Shown here in pieces: positions 62,851-64,000 of a DNA stretch of 64,000 bases. Every line of letters begins with the position of its first letter. Within the stretch, counting starts at the first letter, position 1. The notes below the pieces were generated by a model. It was not told the DNA's origin. It worked only from the letters and a program-made list of their open reading frames with translations, and ran no database searches. This DNA is from Camelus ferus. Taxonomy: Eukaryota. Position numbers and translations under genes: made by a program. The stretch spans positions 119,166,001 through 119,230,000 of the forward strand of contig NC_045696.1 in assembly GCF_009834535.1 (NCBI RefSeq), written 5' to 3'.

Positions 62851-63499
62851 AACTGGAAAATAGAATTGAAGGGGAGGGATGTTTGTTTAAAATGAGACTT
62901 GGAAATTCTGAAAAACAAAGATCTGTGCCTTATCAAAATGTCTCCACCTTCTATCAAGAGTTAAGAATATAAAACAGGGTAAGAAAAATGTCTCTTCATT
63001 TTCTGTAAGACTAAGGAAGAAAATTTGCTGTGTATCTCAGCCAGCGTCATACAGCACTTTCTCTGTTTCTTACTGGCATATTATGCTTCTATCATATTGA
63101 CCAGGAGTCTTTCCTCGTTTCGTGGGAGGACTGTGAAATCCATCGCATTTCTCTTTTCCTTTGTGCTGCCAGGGAGCTCGGAGCTGTACCTTGTCAGCTG
63201 TCCCTTAACCTAAGGCTCTTTGGGGTAATTATCTCCCCACTCTTTTCTTTTAAAACTTTTGATACCTATGTCTTCTTTTTAGAAGCTTTCCAAAGCAATT
63301 TCTAACATTAGGTAGATATCACAGATTCGTGGGTAAAAAATGAATTTTGAGGATGAAAAGGATGACTTTAAGTTTTTCTTTTTAACTTCTGAAATGTGAA
63401 TTGAGCCAGCCATGGGCATGCATATGGGCACAGACATACCCAAGAACATGTATGTGCTTGATGCTTGGACAAGTGTCCACTTGGTCTTGAACTTAAGAG

Positions 63500-63730
63500 A
63501 GAATGAGCTTGGACCCGAGGCAGGCCTGGCTTTGAACCCTGGCTGCCCACAGCTTGCTTTATGACTTTAATGTCTCTGGGTCTCAGTGTCCTCATCTGAG
63601 ATGAAGATACTGATACCATGCAGGGTCATTAAAGGATTTAGCAAAACAGTTTCTATAAAATGCACAGTGCAGGGCTCGGTGCATAGTAGGTCTGCAGCAG
63701 ATGGTAGTTACTACTATTGTTATCATTATG
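63500..63730 (+). mobile_element. MIR SINE
   Basis: cctggctttgaaccctggct..tctctgggtctcagtgtcctcatctg..gcatagtagg. Confidence 0.75.
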
Positions 63731-64000
63731 TCTGGCACAGGCTAGACTTTATAGAAAGGCTGGGCTGTATATTCTTAACTGCTCCAGGTCATTTTCTAGA
63801 ATGGCCCGTGTTGAACTGAAATGACCTTCTGCCTTAAGTTAGGGTGGACTATCCGGGGAGGGCTGCCAAGGCTGGCTTCTCCTTTAGAGAGTAGCTCTGT
63901 GCTAGAATTTTGTACTAATTCTCAATGCCAGGGGCCCATCACTGCGGAAGCCTTAGGATTTTCTGAGGTCATCCACTTGGGGGTTGGTGACTAACACTCA

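Noticed and set aside
35243..64000. Next RFTN1 exon (IQEAASQGLKFVG...)
   Set aside because: No matching peptide or sequence found; it presumably lies beyond the window
1..64000. CRISPR array, operon, prophage or other novel multi-gene system
   Set aside because: No regularly spaced repeat-spacer array and no gene-dense region; the recurring 70-150 nt motif is a dispersed SINE in a mammalian intron

Overview
Mammalian genomic DNA, most likely a camelid (alpaca/llama/camel). The evidence is 12 copies of a tRNA-Ala-derived SINE matching the camelid Vic-1 type, many cetartiodactyl-type L1 3' ends, and no Alu, B1/B2, Bov-A/tA or PRE-1 seen. The window lies inside the raftlin gene RFTN1 on the + strand. 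Only two coding exons are present: 11490-11676 (187 nt) and 35134-35242 (109 nt), both with canonical AG/GT ends and compatible phase, matching human exons 3 and 4 as I recall them. The rest is intron: L1, L2, MIR, hAT MITEs, MaLR/ERVL/ERV1 solo LTRs, microsatellites and unique sequence. Almost all ORFs in the track are spurious or L1 remnants. I found no evidence of a new multi-gene system. The best leads are regulatory or structural: a MER41-like solo LTR with overlapping GC-box/NF-kB/STAT-type motifs in an immune gene; an exact 13-nt copy of the exon-3 splice donor 128 nt downstream; a repeat-free block rich in IRF/octamer/STAT/RUNX motifs; two closely spaced inverted retroposon pairs; a local 107-bp duplication; and a possible L1 3' transduction. 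Repeat family names come from recalled consensus sequences, not database searches, and repeat boundaries are approximate.
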